Positions 32,470-41,546 of a DNA stretch of 64,000 bases are shown piece by piece. This DNA comes from a virus, in the IMG/VR virus record IMGVR_UViG_3300030098_003955; one strand, 5' to 3'. A program made the translations under genes and the position numbers. The notes under the pieces were generated by a model that worked only from the letters and a program-made list of their open reading frames with translations, was not told where the DNA came from and ran no database searches. Positions within the stretch are counted from its first letter, which is position 1. Each line of letters opens with the position of its first letter.

Positions 32470-33506
32470 TATCGGATTCCTTTTTGTTCTTGTGCTATTC
32501 TTGTGCGAACATCCATGAAATCTAAATCATGAGCAGTCTTACCTTTTTCAGAAGCAACCTTTATTGCTTTTTGTCTTTGAGCAATATTAAATCTTGACTG
32601 TTCTGAATTGAGGTCATAAATTTCTTCTATTTCCTCTTGGTTATCAGCCATGATGAAAATCTCATCAGAGTTTTTGACCTTGTCTGATAATCCATCATCT
32701 AAGGACTTGGTTTTTTTATCCTTGTCTCTTTTGCGGTTCTCTTGTATTAGCCAACCATCAAAAGCATCATCGTCTTCAACTATTTCCTTGCTTGGACAAT
32801 CAGGACTTTCTTGAACATTTTCATAAAGTTTAGACCATCCAACTACGCTTTTTTGTTCTTGAGTGAGCTCAATTATTGGCCTGTCGAAAATAGACGAGCC
32901 TTCCTTTGAGCTAGAAGCCCAAAGGCTTCTCCAAGGTTCCTCCCTCGATATCTTCCTAGCATCACTATCTGAAAGCATGTGTTTAGTAACGTGGTTTAGA
33001 ACCGTGTTAATTCCCACTTCTTTCCAGTCGTAAGGCCGTCCATCCTCAAATGTGACAGTATTTTCTATTAACCAATTAAGCTTTGCGTATGTAGCTAAGC
33101 CTTCGCAGGTTACATAATTATACTGCATTTTTTCTTGCATCAATTCAGTGAATTGATCTTCAAGATTTCTTAAATCCTGTCTATAGCCTTCTCTAACTGT
33201 AGTTTGTCGAAAGTTCTTAAATATCTTTATTTTAAGCTCTTCGACTTCATTAGGTATTTGCTCTAAAGTTTCTTCCTTTTCTGAAGACCAAATACCTTCC
33301 GCTTTTAACAATTTAACAGATTCTTCTGAAGTCAAATTGTCTTTAACTAACGCATCTCGATACGCTTCCTTGTATACTACTTGAGACTTGTATAATTGCT
33401 GTAAGCTTGGATTGTGAATACGAAGTACCAAACCCTCTTTGACTTTGTATTCTTTGTATCCAAGAAACAACTCATAAACAATTAAGTCTCTTTCGTATGC
33501 TTCCAT
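32469..33506 (-). CDS. Putative tail assembly chaperone-like protein
   Basis: 345-aa helical, charged ORF immediately after the tail tube gene; called from position only. Confidence 0.5.
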   Translation of the reverse strand: MEAYERDLIVYELFLGYKEYKVKEGLVLRIHNPSLQQLYKSQVVYKEAYRDALVKDNLTSEESVKLLKAEGIWSSEKEETLEQIPNEVEELKIKIFKNFRQTTVREGYRQDLRNLEDQFTELMQEKMQYNYVTCEGLATYAKLNWLIENTVTFEDGRPYDWKEVGINTVLNHVTKHMLSDSDARKISREEPWRSLWASSSKEGSSIFDRPIIELTQEQKSVVGWSKLYENVQESPDCPSKEIVEDDDAFDGWLIQENRKRDKDKKTKSLDDGLSDKVKNSDEIFIMADNQEEIEEIYDLNSEQSRFNIAQRQKAIKVASEKGKTAHDLDFMDVRTRIAQEQKGIR

Positions 33507-33517
33507 CCCATAAGTCC

Positions 33518-33595
33518 AAAAAAGTCAGCATACCACTTGCCTATCTTCCACATGCTTTCCTTAAGCGATGGCTATCGCAGATTGCATATGCCGAC
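33518..33595 (-). terminator. Branched stem-loop followed by a U-tract after the tail tube gene
   Basis: Minus strand GTCGGCATA...TATGCTGAC outer stem followed by T6, enclosing an inner GCGAT-AGCC-ATCGC hairpin. Confidence 0.45.
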
Positions 33596-33603
33596 CAATA
33601 TAT

Positions 33604-34770
33604 TTAGTTGAGGTAATCGCCTTGGCCATGACCACCACTAGCACTTACAACGCTAAGTTCGTTGAAGTTACGGTAAGAGAAAGTCATAGTTGAGTTTTCA
33701 CCACCAGTTGTACCACCACCATAAGCAACGGAGGTAAGGGTATTATTGTCCCCTAATCCGAATGTATGGTTGGCTGCACTATTACTGTCAGCTTTGTCTG
33801 GAGTGTTCTTAACCTGAAGCACAATAGATCTTGCGCCCGTGTTAATCTCATTAGTCAAAGCGTTGACGTCGGTTCCAGAAGCTAAAACTTCAACTTCGGT
33901 AGTGACTTCAAACGGAAGACTGACAAATCTCAGGAACGGGTCTTTTTGGCCTAGTATGTTAATATTTTCTCGACCAAAATCAGCGCTTACAGAAATGTTT
34001 GTAATTCTTGCATTGCTACCAGTATCAGTGGCTACACCATACTTCTTGTTCGTGGTTACAGCATCTACCCAGTTCGTTGACCTGATGCCACTAAGAGCAC
34101 CCATGTTAACAAAGTGCTGTCTTCTCTTAACACCAGTATCTTTAGCAACAGTGCTAGATCCGTCATTCTCATTAAGAACATCAGTAGCTCTGGCTCTTTT
34201 AGCCGCGTCTTTTGTTGGTAGATGCCTAATTGACTGGCCACTTTGTGTCTGATATACAAATCTCTTGTTATTACCAACAAAGGTAATGGACTCGGTGAAG
34301 TTTCCGTCGGTTGGGAAAGAAAAAGAGGCAGAAGATACGTACATACCAGTGGCAACAATGAATGTTCCCAAGGTTGTATTATCAACGTCGCCTAAGTTAT
34401 TCTTGCCGTCGTTACCAACTTGGAAGACCAAAGTTTTCTTGTTGTTCTGAAGCTGAATAACCCCACCGTGACCGCCCATACCTCTATTGTAAAGAAGGTC
34501 GTAGTCATCAATGGTCTTTTCTACAGTGATTTCGATATCTGGAACTTCTTCGTAGTCTTGGTACAAAGCAAGCTGACCAAGCTGGAAGATTTGTTCTAAG
34601 TTGAATGTAGTTGTAATACCGACACTCTGAACGCCCGGTACATACTCTGCTTTTTTAGCAGGTGTGTTCATGTCGGTGCGAGCATTGTCGTCGCTGTCTG
34701 TTCTAATTGCGCCGTCGTCCGCGACTCCAAGTGCGGTGATAGCCCAATATAGTCTATTTGGGACTGCCAT
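33604..34770 (-). CDS. Major tail tube protein
   Basis: 388 aa with two similar beta-rich halves (GVQSVGITTTFNLEQIFQLGQ...EITVE / ITNISVSADFGRENINILGQ...EVTTEVE). Has its own promoter motif and a strong SD (AAGGAG), and lies upstream of the chaperones and tape measure. Confidence 0.75.
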   Translation of the reverse strand: MAVPNRLYWAITALGVADDGAIRTDSDDNARTDMNTPAKKAEYVPGVQSVGITTTFNLEQIFQLGQLALYQDYEEVPDIEITVEKTIDDYDLLYNRGMGGHGGVIQLQNNKKTLVFQVGNDGKNNLGDVDNTTLGTFIVATGMYVSSASFSFPTDGNFTESITFVGNNKRFVYQTQSGQSIRHLPTKDAAKRARATDVLNENDGSSTVAKDTGVKRRQHFVNMGALSGIRSTNWVDAVTTNKKYGVATDTGSNARITNISVSADFGRENINILGQKDPFLRFVSLPFEVTTEVEVLASGTDVNALTNEINTGARSIVLQVKNTPDKADSNSAANHTFGLGDNNTLTSVAYGGGTTGGENSTMTFSYRNFNELSVVSASGGHGQGDYLN

Positions 34771-34812
34771 TTTATGTTAAACTCCTTAAAAGTTGAGAAT
34801 ACTTTCCAAAGT

Positions 34813-34821
34813 ATTATACAC
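34813..34821 (-). promoter_or_regulatory. Putative late promoter GTGTATAAT
   Basis: One of six intergenic copies; upstream of the tail tube gene. Confidence 0.65.
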
Positions 34822-34826
34822 CAAAA

Positions 34827-35810
34827 TTAATTTATAACTTCCATAGTTACCCTTACCGTTCCATGGTAAAGGTTAGTAGATAATGGGTCTGAATTTGCCA
34901 CTCTAGTGTTCGTAAATCTAGCAATACCACCCTCTACGCCGTTGTAAGCAAATCCTCCAACTCCACTTGGCCTTATTAAGGCTGGGTATGTCTTAGCATA
35001 AGCATTCACCATGCCCCTATAATCAATAGGAAATGCATTATTTTCGCCTATTGCATTTGTATCAAAAAGAACGATTGCCGCTTCTTCTTGGAAGGATATC
35101 ATGTCTATGAGCTGATCTCTTTCATAATCTTCCTCAGCAAGAATATGAAATACTACGTCTAAGCCTAGTTCATGCTTTGAATTACCAAGCTCGTAGGGTT
35201 CAAATCTTCTGCTTCCAGCTATCTCTACGCCAACTGCTGGTAATTGGATTCTGTTTTCTCCAAGGATAGAATAGTCGCCAGAGCCAACCATTTGAAAATC
35301 TTCGTCTGCTCTTTGGGTTCTATATTGTATTTCCCTAAAAAACCTACTATTGGCTGGCACTACGTCTACATATTTATAACTGTACTCAGCGGTAACAGTG
35401 CTGCTGGTATCTATAGCAGAGTCAAAGACAACTCTACCATTATCATAGTCAATATGATGGGAGTAAGAATCACTGCTAGTAATGGGCTTAAAAGCGCCAT
35501 CGACATAAACTCCAGATATTCCGGGATTTGCTGGGGTCGTTGTAGTATTAGGTCTTTCAGGAGCAGATAATCCACTCTCCCATACCCAGTTTTTTCTAAA
35601 GCCTTCCCAAACCTGACCAGAGTCATATCTTGGATCGTCAACAAGTCTAAGTTGGTGCTTATCAGCACCATACCAGCCACTAGTAGGTATTTCTATATTC
35701 GTAAAGCCACCTGCATTCAAAAACTCCCAATCAAAAAATGAGACTAGGTTGTCTTGAAGTAAGGTGCTTAATGTAGGCTTACCAAATGTAGTTATTTTAT
35801 TTAATACCAT
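34827..35810 (-). CDS. Putative tail terminator/completion protein
   Basis: Directly upstream of the tail tube; QLPAVGVE...DVVFHILAE..YERDQLID pattern resembles tail-terminator folds. Confidence 0.55.
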   Translation of the reverse strand: MVLNKITTFGKPTLSTLLQDNLVSFFDWEFLNAGGFTNIEIPTSGWYGADKHQLRLVDDPRYDSGQVWEGFRKNWVWESGLSAPERPNTTTTPANPGISGVYVDGAFKPITSSDSYSHHIDYDNGRVVFDSAIDTSSTVTAEYSYKYVDVVPANSRFFREIQYRTQRADEDFQMVGSGDYSILGENRIQLPAVGVEIAGSRRFEPYELGNSKHELGLDVVFHILAEEDYERDQLIDMISFQEEAAIVLFDTNAIGENNAFPIDYRGMVNAYAKTYPALIRPSGVGGFAYNGVEGGIARFTNTRVANSDPLSTNLYHGTVRVTMEVIN

Positions 35811-35811
35811 A

Positions 35812-36486
35812 TTACTTCATGTATTTTTGTATTGACATTTTTACCAGCGCTAAGAAGCCACTTTCTCTCAAAGTTCTAGTAATAATGTTGTCAAATTGAG
35901 TACCAGATATTGAAGAAGGAACCTTCCAAACATTTATGCTGCCAGTTCTCATCATCTTACCCTGCCCAGATCTACCTCCAGCCATGGCGGTAAACTGGCC
36001 ATCGGTTACTATGATAGCGTCACCTCTCATTAGTATCCAATTAAGCCAATCAAGCTCAACAACCTTCTTATAATACATTGAGTAGTATCTAATAACAGAA
36101 TCTAGTCCAACAGAAGCAAAGATGTTAGTAAAGTCTTCTGGCTGCACATGAATTGAAAACCCTCCAGTAAAACTACGGTTTTTATATTTTAGAGGTGTAT
36201 GTGTATACATCACGCTATTTGTGATGCCAGCTATTATTCCATTGACAGCACTTCTGGCCTTGGCGGGAGTTAATCCTAATTGACCTCTCAAATCATCTTG
36301 AAGGATATCTGCTATCTGACTTTTATTAAGATAAACAGCTGCCTGTTTTCTAATGTCAAGAATAGCCTTATTCGCCGCTACACCCATCCTTTTGTCTAGA
36401 TCAGAAGCTATGGCTTTCCCTATCATCTTAGCAATTTGTGCTGGGGTCTCCTTAATAATGATTTCTACATCAGCTATATTTGTCAC
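35812..36486 (-). CDS. Putative neck/tail-completion protein
   Basis: Track ORF 35812..36507. The likely start is GTG at 36486, which overlaps the upstream TAG and has GGAG 9 nt upstream. Called from position in the neck cluster. Confidence 0.5.
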   Translation of the reverse strand: MTNIADVEIIIKETPAQIAKMIGKAIASDLDKRMGVAANKAILDIRKQAAVYLNKSQIADILQDDLRGQLGLTPAKARSAVNGIIAGITNSVMYTHTPLKYKNRSFTGGFSIHVQPEDFTNIFASVGLDSVIRYYSMYYKKVVELDWLNWILMRGDAIIVTDGQFTAMAGGRSGQGKMMRTGSINVWKVPSSISGTQFDNIITRTLRESGFLALVKMSIQKYMK

Positions 36487-36998
36487 TAGACTTGCTCCCA
36501 AAAACAAACGCCATACTGAGTGTTGTTTTGCTTAAAGCCTTGGACAAAAGGTTCAGTAGCTCGTTTATATCGACCACTGCCATACTTGCCTATATCTATT
36601 AATATTTCCTTTGCCTTCATAACATCAGGCATATCATCTAAGTAAAATATTGTTTGTATATAGTTAGATGGTACGTTGACTTCAAAATTAGGCACTGCAA
36701 GAAAATCTCTTTGTCTATGATAAACCCTCATAGAAAAGTCTTCTGTTTGTGCTGTCCTTTTATTTCCGGCTCCTCCACATAGCGGGCACTGCATACCTCT
36801 CCCAAAAGGGATCGGTCCATTAGTTCTATAAACATGAATAGACCGACCACCAATGGTGTTAGTAATGCAATTACCGCATCTTTCCACTTTGTCTGCAAAG
36901 ACCAAAGTAACTTTTCGATTGAAAAGCTTTACAGCATCATTGAAAATGTCAAAGACACTTTGATGTATGCTAATTGAAGATTCACCTTTAAGAGCCAT
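36486..36998 (-). CDS. Putative head-closure protein with a Zn-ribbon insert
   Basis: 170 aa with CGNC...CPLCGG; neck cluster position. Confidence 0.5.
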   Translation of the reverse strand: MALKGESSISIHQSVFDIFNDAVKLFNRKVTLVFADKVERCGNCITNTIGGRSIHVYRTNGPIPFGRGMQCPLCGGAGNKRTAQTEDFSMRVYHRQRDFLAVPNFEVNVPSNYIQTIFYLDDMPDVMKAKEILIDIGKYGSGRYKRATEPFVQGFKQNNTQYGVCFWEQV

Positions 36999-37006
36999 AG
37001 GTCACC

Positions 37007-37807
37007 TTATATTGTTATTTCTAATTGAGCAGGAACATCTCCTGAGTCATCGTACATTTCAACGTATATCATTTGATTGTTGCCTCCGGGCTGTTCAGCT
37101 TTTGAGTAGAATGCGATAACTATGCTATTGCCGGAAGACCATCCTGACCTATCCAGAACCTCCTGAATTGCAGTTTTAATATCGGGAGAGCTTAAGACAG
37201 TTCCATTAGCTGCACTTCTAATTGTTCCATTTCCGGTATCTGTGTTGCTACCCCAAGCGATTTGTGCTGTGGTGTAATTACTGTGGTTGAGACCGGCTGC
37301 GGTTGTTGGAGCAGCCTGATTGTCTGCGTCATAAGCAGCTACATAGAAATCATAATCAGCTGAATTGCCTGAAAACCCTCTCTTATTTATCTTAAAGTAC
37401 GCACTCTGAACAGTAGCTCCTTGCTCTGCAACGATATTATTGAATCTAAAGTATGCTGCATAGTAATCATTAGTACCCTCGTCATCCTGCACACCAACGT
37501 ATTCTTTAGTCTGATTATTCCTGAATCCTGTATTGTACGTTGAAACAGTACTAGAACTAGTAGACCTAGCTGCTCTACCATCGTCTGCACCAGCAGCTAT
37601 GGTATAAGTAGTAGTAGTTTGTAATCCATCTGAATCACCTCTATAAAAACGAGGATTATCAAATCTTCCATCCATGTCATAACCTGTGGAAGAGTCTAAT
37701 ATACGAGGAGATAAGGTTTCAATAATACCTCCTTTAGTCACATAAGGTATCGCATTTCCGTTTTTAACGTCGTTTGCAGATATAGCTTTTGTTACTGGAT
37801 TAGCCAT
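37007..37807 (-). CDS. Virion decoration-like protein: ~60-aa shared N-terminal domain plus a beta-sandwich (DNRLRE/CBM-like) domain
   Basis: N-terminus MANPVTKAIS...GRFDNPRFYRGD; C-domain YFRFNNIVAEQGATVQSAYF...SPDIKTAIQEVLDRSGWSSGN. Confidence 0.65.
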   Translation of the reverse strand: MANPVTKAISANDVKNGNAIPYVTKGGIIETLSPRILDSSTGYDMDGRFDNPRFYRGDSDGLQTTTTYTIAAGADDGRAARSTSSSTVSTYNTGFRNNQTKEYVGVQDDEGTNDYYAAYFRFNNIVAEQGATVQSAYFKINKRGFSGNSADYDFYVAAYDADNQAAPTTAAGLNHSNYTTAQIAWGSNTDTGNGTIRSAANGTVLSSPDIKTAIQEVLDRSGWSSGNSIVIAFYSKAEQPGGNNQMIYVEMYDDSGDVPAQLEITI

Positions 37808-37817
37808 TATTCACCTA

Positions 37818-38285
37818 TTATGAATGTGTTATCACTAATTGGTTAACATTTCTAGTTCCGTCACTTGCATTGGTCGTACTGCTCATGCCGTGTACTTTTC
37901 TATATTCATCGCTTGTAAGACTAGCTACAGGTTCACGAATAATAATTCCGATTGCATTTCCAGAACTCCATCCAGTTCTATCTACAATTTCCTGTATGAT
38001 CGTTTTTATATCGGGACTTGTTTTGTAGTACTTGCCTGAGTCTTGAGATCCTTCAGATGGAATGTTCCAACTGACAGTAGCCGTTGTTTCAGTACCATGA
38101 GCGGCATATGTATTGTCGGTGGGTGCATCAAAATCATCAACGTCTACAGCAGCTATTAAGAAGTTAACGTCTTCTCCACCCTCCCAATTCAATTTTATGT
38201 ACGCACTGTCTATAGTCGCTCCTTGTGGAACAACAACATTTTGAAACCTAAAATAAGCTTTGTAGTATCTATATCTATGTGACAT
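37818..38285 (-). CDS. C-terminal-domain paralog of 37007..37807
   Basis: YFRFQNVVVPQGATIDSAY...SPDIKTIIQEIVDRTGWSSGN aligns by eye with the C-domain of 37007..37807; AGAGGA SD upstream. Confidence 0.7.
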   Translation of the reverse strand: MSHRYRYYKAYFRFQNVVVPQGATIDSAYIKLNWEGGEDVNFLIAAVDVDDFDAPTDNTYAAHGTETTATVSWNIPSEGSQDSGKYYKTSPDIKTIIQEIVDRTGWSSGNAIGIIIREPVASLTSDEYRKVHGMSSTTNASDGTRNVNQLVITHS

Positions 38286-38287
38286 CG

Positions 38288-38641
38288 TTAATTCCTCTCA
38301 AACCCAACTTTCCATTCGGCAGTACTCCTCGTTGGACTCCCATAATTATTGCTGGAACCGGGATCATGACTAGCGTCTGTACTACTAGACAACCAATAAC
38401 CATTGTCTTGGGTGTCCCACACAACACAAGTGATAGTGGTCGGACCTCCTGCCCCATCAGTGCTTGAATCTCCACTGTAATATCTTAGATCATCAAACCT
38501 TCCATCTAAATCTTTTCCTGTAGATGAATCTAGTATAGGAGGAGCAACTGTTTCAATTGTTCCTGCTTTGCTTACATGTGCTACAAAATTTCCGTTTTTG
38601 ACATCATTTGAAGATATCGCTTTTGTTACTGGATTAGCCAT
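38288..38641 (-). CDS. N-terminal-half paralog of 37007..37807
   Basis: MANPVTKAISSNDVKNGN...ILDSSTGKDLDGRFDDLRYYSGD is nearly identical to the N-terminus of 37007..37807. Confidence 0.75.
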   Translation of the reverse strand: MANPVTKAISSNDVKNGNFVAHVSKAGTIETVAPPILDSSTGKDLDGRFDDLRYYSGDSSTDGAGGPTTITCVVWDTQDNGYWLSSSTDASHDPGSSNNYGSPTRSTAEWKVGFERN

Positions 38642-38651
38642 TATTCACCTA

Positions 38652-38867
38652 TTAAGTGGCTGCGTCGCCTGTATAGTATCTAGCATCGTCAAATCTATCA
38701 GAAAGGTTGGCGTTTAACTGAGCTGGCTCACCTTTCTTGTTAATACCCATGCCAGAATCCTCTGGATTAATCTCATGAGTATTACCAAACTTATCTACTC
38801 CAGTCACTACAGAACCATTATTTTCAACAGTGATTGAAGAATGAGCATTTGTTACCGCGTTAGGCAT
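38652..38867 (-). CDS. Small stand-alone member of the same N-terminal-domain family
   Basis: MPNAVTNAHS...VENNG...DRFDDARYYTGD; SD GGAG. Confidence 0.7.
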   Translation of the reverse strand: MPNAVTNAHSSITVENNGSVVTGVDKFGNTHEINPEDSGMGINKKGEPAQLNANLSDRFDDARYYTGDAAT

Positions 38868-38879
38868 TTTTATTCTCCA

Positions 38880-40700
38880 TTAAAATGAGCTTAAAGTAAT
38901 TCGTTTCCAAGTGTTAGATGCAGTACAAACGTACAAATAACTTGTATCCCAAGCAATGTGTCCAACAGAACAAGGACTAGAAGCTAAAGGCGTTCTTGTC
39001 TGCGATATGATTACACCACTAGAAGTAGTGAGCGAACCATGAAATGTACTGGCGTCTGAATAAACATTAAATTGATTTATATTCGTGTTGTCAGTGTCAA
39101 ATCTATTGACTGCTAGCTTTGCTCCAGTATCTGCGGCGGTTGTACCAGCTTGAATGTAAGCAGAGTCATTTGTGCTACGAGAGCCAAGCAGTCTTAATGC
39201 TGAGTTTCCAGCACCACCAACAGGCGTACCAATTAATACAGCAGAGTCGTCCCCATAAACATGAAGTCTATTAGTACCGATAGAGTTGCCAGCATAAGGT
39301 GCGGCTGTGTTCAATCCAACGTTACCGTGCCTATTTATGGTAAGATTTGAAGGGTTAAGAGATCCTGAGTTATTGATCTTTAGGACATCTGTAGATGCCT
39401 TATAGCCAATAGCAGACCAGAGTCCTATTTCTGCATTTCCGCTACCTTCTGTCTTCGCTCCGATATAAATTGCAGCGCCGTCATTGGTTGCATTTTCTAC
39501 AGTAGACTGTACTGCACTTCCGCTGTTATAAACATGGAAGTTGTACGCAGGAGTCCAGTGACTATCTGGAGCTCCAGAAGTGGCCACACCTACATAACCA
39601 GTAGAAGCGTCGAGCACCAACTGGTTATCTTGCTCGTACTGCTTTTTAGTAGTAATCGCAAGTCTTTTATTATTGTTGTGCCATTTGAATTTGGCCCATT
39701 TAGTTTGGTAAGAAGCTCCAGCACCAGAACCAATAATGAGCTGTGAAGGACCACCATTGTGACCAACGACAACACTAGTTCCTACGCCACTTGGCGTGAA
39801 AGTGCCAAGATTACTACCAATAACAACAGTATCCTCTGGTCTAGCAGAGGTAGCTAAAGATATATGGCCTCCACTGTCTAAAACAAAAGAAGCGTCTGTG
39901 TTGTTGGTGACTTTATCTCTATTTGAGTCTGTCCCAATGTAGAAATAACCAGTGCCACTTCCCGGAGAAAACACACCAAGACCAAAACCAACTCGATATT
40001 GGTCATAGCTGTAGTCCGTTCCATATTTAAGAAGATTTAAGAAGGGTCTTTCAGTACCACCAGTTTTTTGTTCATATCTTAAAGAGGAGTCCAATCCTCG
40101 TATGTGAAACTTCTCTTCAGGGTTGGTAATACCAAAGCCAAATTTGTCATCTTTAGTAATTACAAACTTATGTGTATAGCTTGAGTCATTGTTTTTCCAA
40201 TGGCCTAAAGAAAAGCCTTGGCCACTAGGGTAAGCTATGTTGTTATGACCATCTAATAAAAGATTCACGCCAGAGCCATGAATAGATCTGACATATGCTC
40301 CATACCTATTACCACTACCAAGGACTTCCAAAGATCCGTGATTGTCTATTATCACAGACTTGCGAGGTCTTCCATCTTCGGCTGTTAGAAAATGTATCTC
40401 TCCATCGTCTTTGTTTGAAGTGTCGTCACCAGTGACAAACCTTACTTCGGCTACGTGCTTAGTATCCCACTGACCAAATATAGAACCGATCTTCTTACCA
40501 GCTCCAGTTACTGAGTTGTCCCTAATATCTATGTCATTCTTGAAATAGACATCGGAACCACTAGCCATGATTGGTATGATAGAGTCCGCAACATTTTTCA
40601 TGTTCTCACGAATGTTCGCTGCGGTAATCGAGCCAACAGTATTATCTGGTAGCTCGCTATCAATTAAGCTTTTTAGTGCAGGGTTGGTATACTCAGCCAT
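38880..40700 (-). CDS. Fibre-like virion protein
   Basis: N-terminal LPDNTVGSITAANIRE; recurring GFGITNP/GYVGVAT/GNVGLNT fibre motifs; C-terminal GHIAWDTSYLYVCTASNTWKR module common in phage fibres. Confidence 0.7.
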   Translation of the reverse strand: MAEYTNPALKSLIDSELPDNTVGSITAANIRENMKNVADSIIPIMASGSDVYFKNDIDIRDNSVTGAGKKIGSIFGQWDTKHVAEVRFVTGDDTSNKDDGEIHFLTAEDGRPRKSVIIDNHGSLEVLGSGNRYGAYVRSIHGSGVNLLLDGHNNIAYPSGQGFSLGHWKNNDSSYTHKFVITKDDKFGFGITNPEEKFHIRGLDSSLRYEQKTGGTERPFLNLLKYGTDYSYDQYRVGFGLGVFSPGSGTGYFYIGTDSNRDKVTNNTDASFVLDSGGHISLATSARPEDTVVIGSNLGTFTPSGVGTSVVVGHNGGPSQLIIGSGAGASYQTKWAKFKWHNNNKRLAITTKKQYEQDNQLVLDASTGYVGVATSGAPDSHWTPAYNFHVYNSGSAVQSTVENATNDGAAIYIGAKTEGSGNAEIGLWSAIGYKASTDVLKINNSGSLNPSNLTINRHGNVGLNTAAPYAGNSIGTNRLHVYGDDSAVLIGTPVGGAGNSALRLLGSRSTNDSAYIQAGTTAADTGAKLAVNRFDTDNTNINQFNVYSDASTFHGSLTTSSGVIISQTRTPLASSPCSVGHIAWDTSYLYVCTASNTWKRITLSSF

Positions 40701-41218
40701 TATTCAAAATATCCCCATCTGTTGTCTAAGCGTTGTCTGGCTATACTGTCTGAACCCGGAGAGTAAGGGCCAAGTATTGCTTTCCCGACAATTCCGTTGA
40801 GTTTGTATTGTGTTTTGGTATCTTCGTACTTCTTACAAAGATCCGTGTATAAGATATTCAGTCCTTGAACAATGCCTCTGGTGTCAATTGCGGAAGGGCC
40901 ATCTTTGAGAGATATTGCACTTAGCGCATTTGTTTTCATTTCGCTACCAAGTAACAAGCATCCAGTCTTCAAAGACACTAGGCTTATAAACCCATCATCT
41001 TTGCCGTCACTTCCGGTGCTTGCTGTAGGGTCTGGTGTAAGTGTCAAAGAGTCAACATCTACAGTGTAAGAACTTTCAAAGTCTACTTCATGCAGTACTA
41101 GTTGGGAAGACACGAGTATGCTTTCTTCTATTCTACTATCAGTAAAGGTGTAAGAACTAGAATCTAGATCATTGATTAAGTGACGAACTATGATCGTCAT
41201 TTCATTTTGCCAGCTCAT
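40700..41218 (-). CDS. Putative head-tail adaptor
   Basis: IVRHLINDLD...YTFTDSRI...ISLKDGPSAID pattern and position before the neck genes. Confidence 0.55.
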   Translation of the reverse strand: MSWQNEMTIIVRHLINDLDSSSYTFTDSRIEESILVSSQLVLHEVDFESSYTVDVDSLTLTPDPTASTGSDGKDDGFISLVSLKTGCLLLGSEMKTNALSAISLKDGPSAIDTRGIVQGLNILYTDLCKKYEDTKTQYKLNGIVGKAILGPYSPGSDSIARQRLDNRWGYFE

Positions 41219-41228
41219 CTAGTACTCC

Positions 41229-41546
41229 TTATATGTTTCTGTAAACTTTGAATGTGTGAACGTCCGTAAAAAAAGTACCGTCTGTGATCTGAACCTTGCC
41301 TTGTAGCTTATATGTACCAGACTCATCTAAGTCATTTGCTACTGTTGTGTATTCCATAACTCCATCAGTGCCGTCAGTTGTAAAAGATGCATTCTTCTCT
41401 AACTTATCACCAGATGGTTTTTTGATAATTACCTGCTTAGTACCAGCCGACACAGCGCTAGATATATTAACGGCACTACTACCGTCTTTTACTGTCAGCT
41501 TAAATTTAGTGCCGATATCATTTTCATGTATTTCGTTAGCTGCCAT
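41229..41546 (-). CDS. Small Ig-like (BppU N-terminal-like) virion protein
   Basis: NDIGTKFKLTVKD...IIKKPSG...DGVMEYT...DLDESGTYKLQ pattern. Confidence 0.65.
   Translation of the reverse strand: MAANEIHENDIGTKFKLTVKDGSSAVNISSAVSAGTKQVIIKKPSGDKLEKNASFTTDGTDGVMEYTTVANDLDESGTYKLQGKVQITDGTFFTDVHTFKVYRNI

Larger units (their letters stand above)
37785..38654. repeat. 36-bp perfect direct repeat covering the stop/SD/start junctions of two tandem paralogs (37785-37820 and 38619-38654)
   Basis: gcttttgttactggattagccattattcacctatta occurs identically at both positions. Confidence 0.9.

Noticed and set aside
31191-33506. Lambda G/GT-type chaperone frameshift
   Set aside because: The three ORFs each have their own start, and I did not identify a convincing slippery heptamer at their junctions by eye.
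33518-33595. tRNA or known riboswitch in the structured intergenic region
   Set aside because: No T-loop/D-loop consensus or recognisable aptamer; kept only as a terminator-like structure.
38296-38310. Programmed -1 frameshift at T GGG TTT joining the split paralog
   Set aside because: A -1 slip there reads TGG GTT TGA and stops immediately, and the site is not a canonical X XXY YYZ heptamer.
37007-38867. Diversity-generating retroelement TR/VR pair or CRISPR array
   Set aside because: No reverse transcriptase or cas gene is in the window. There are only two copies of the 36-bp repeat, 834 bp apart, and they cover gene starts.
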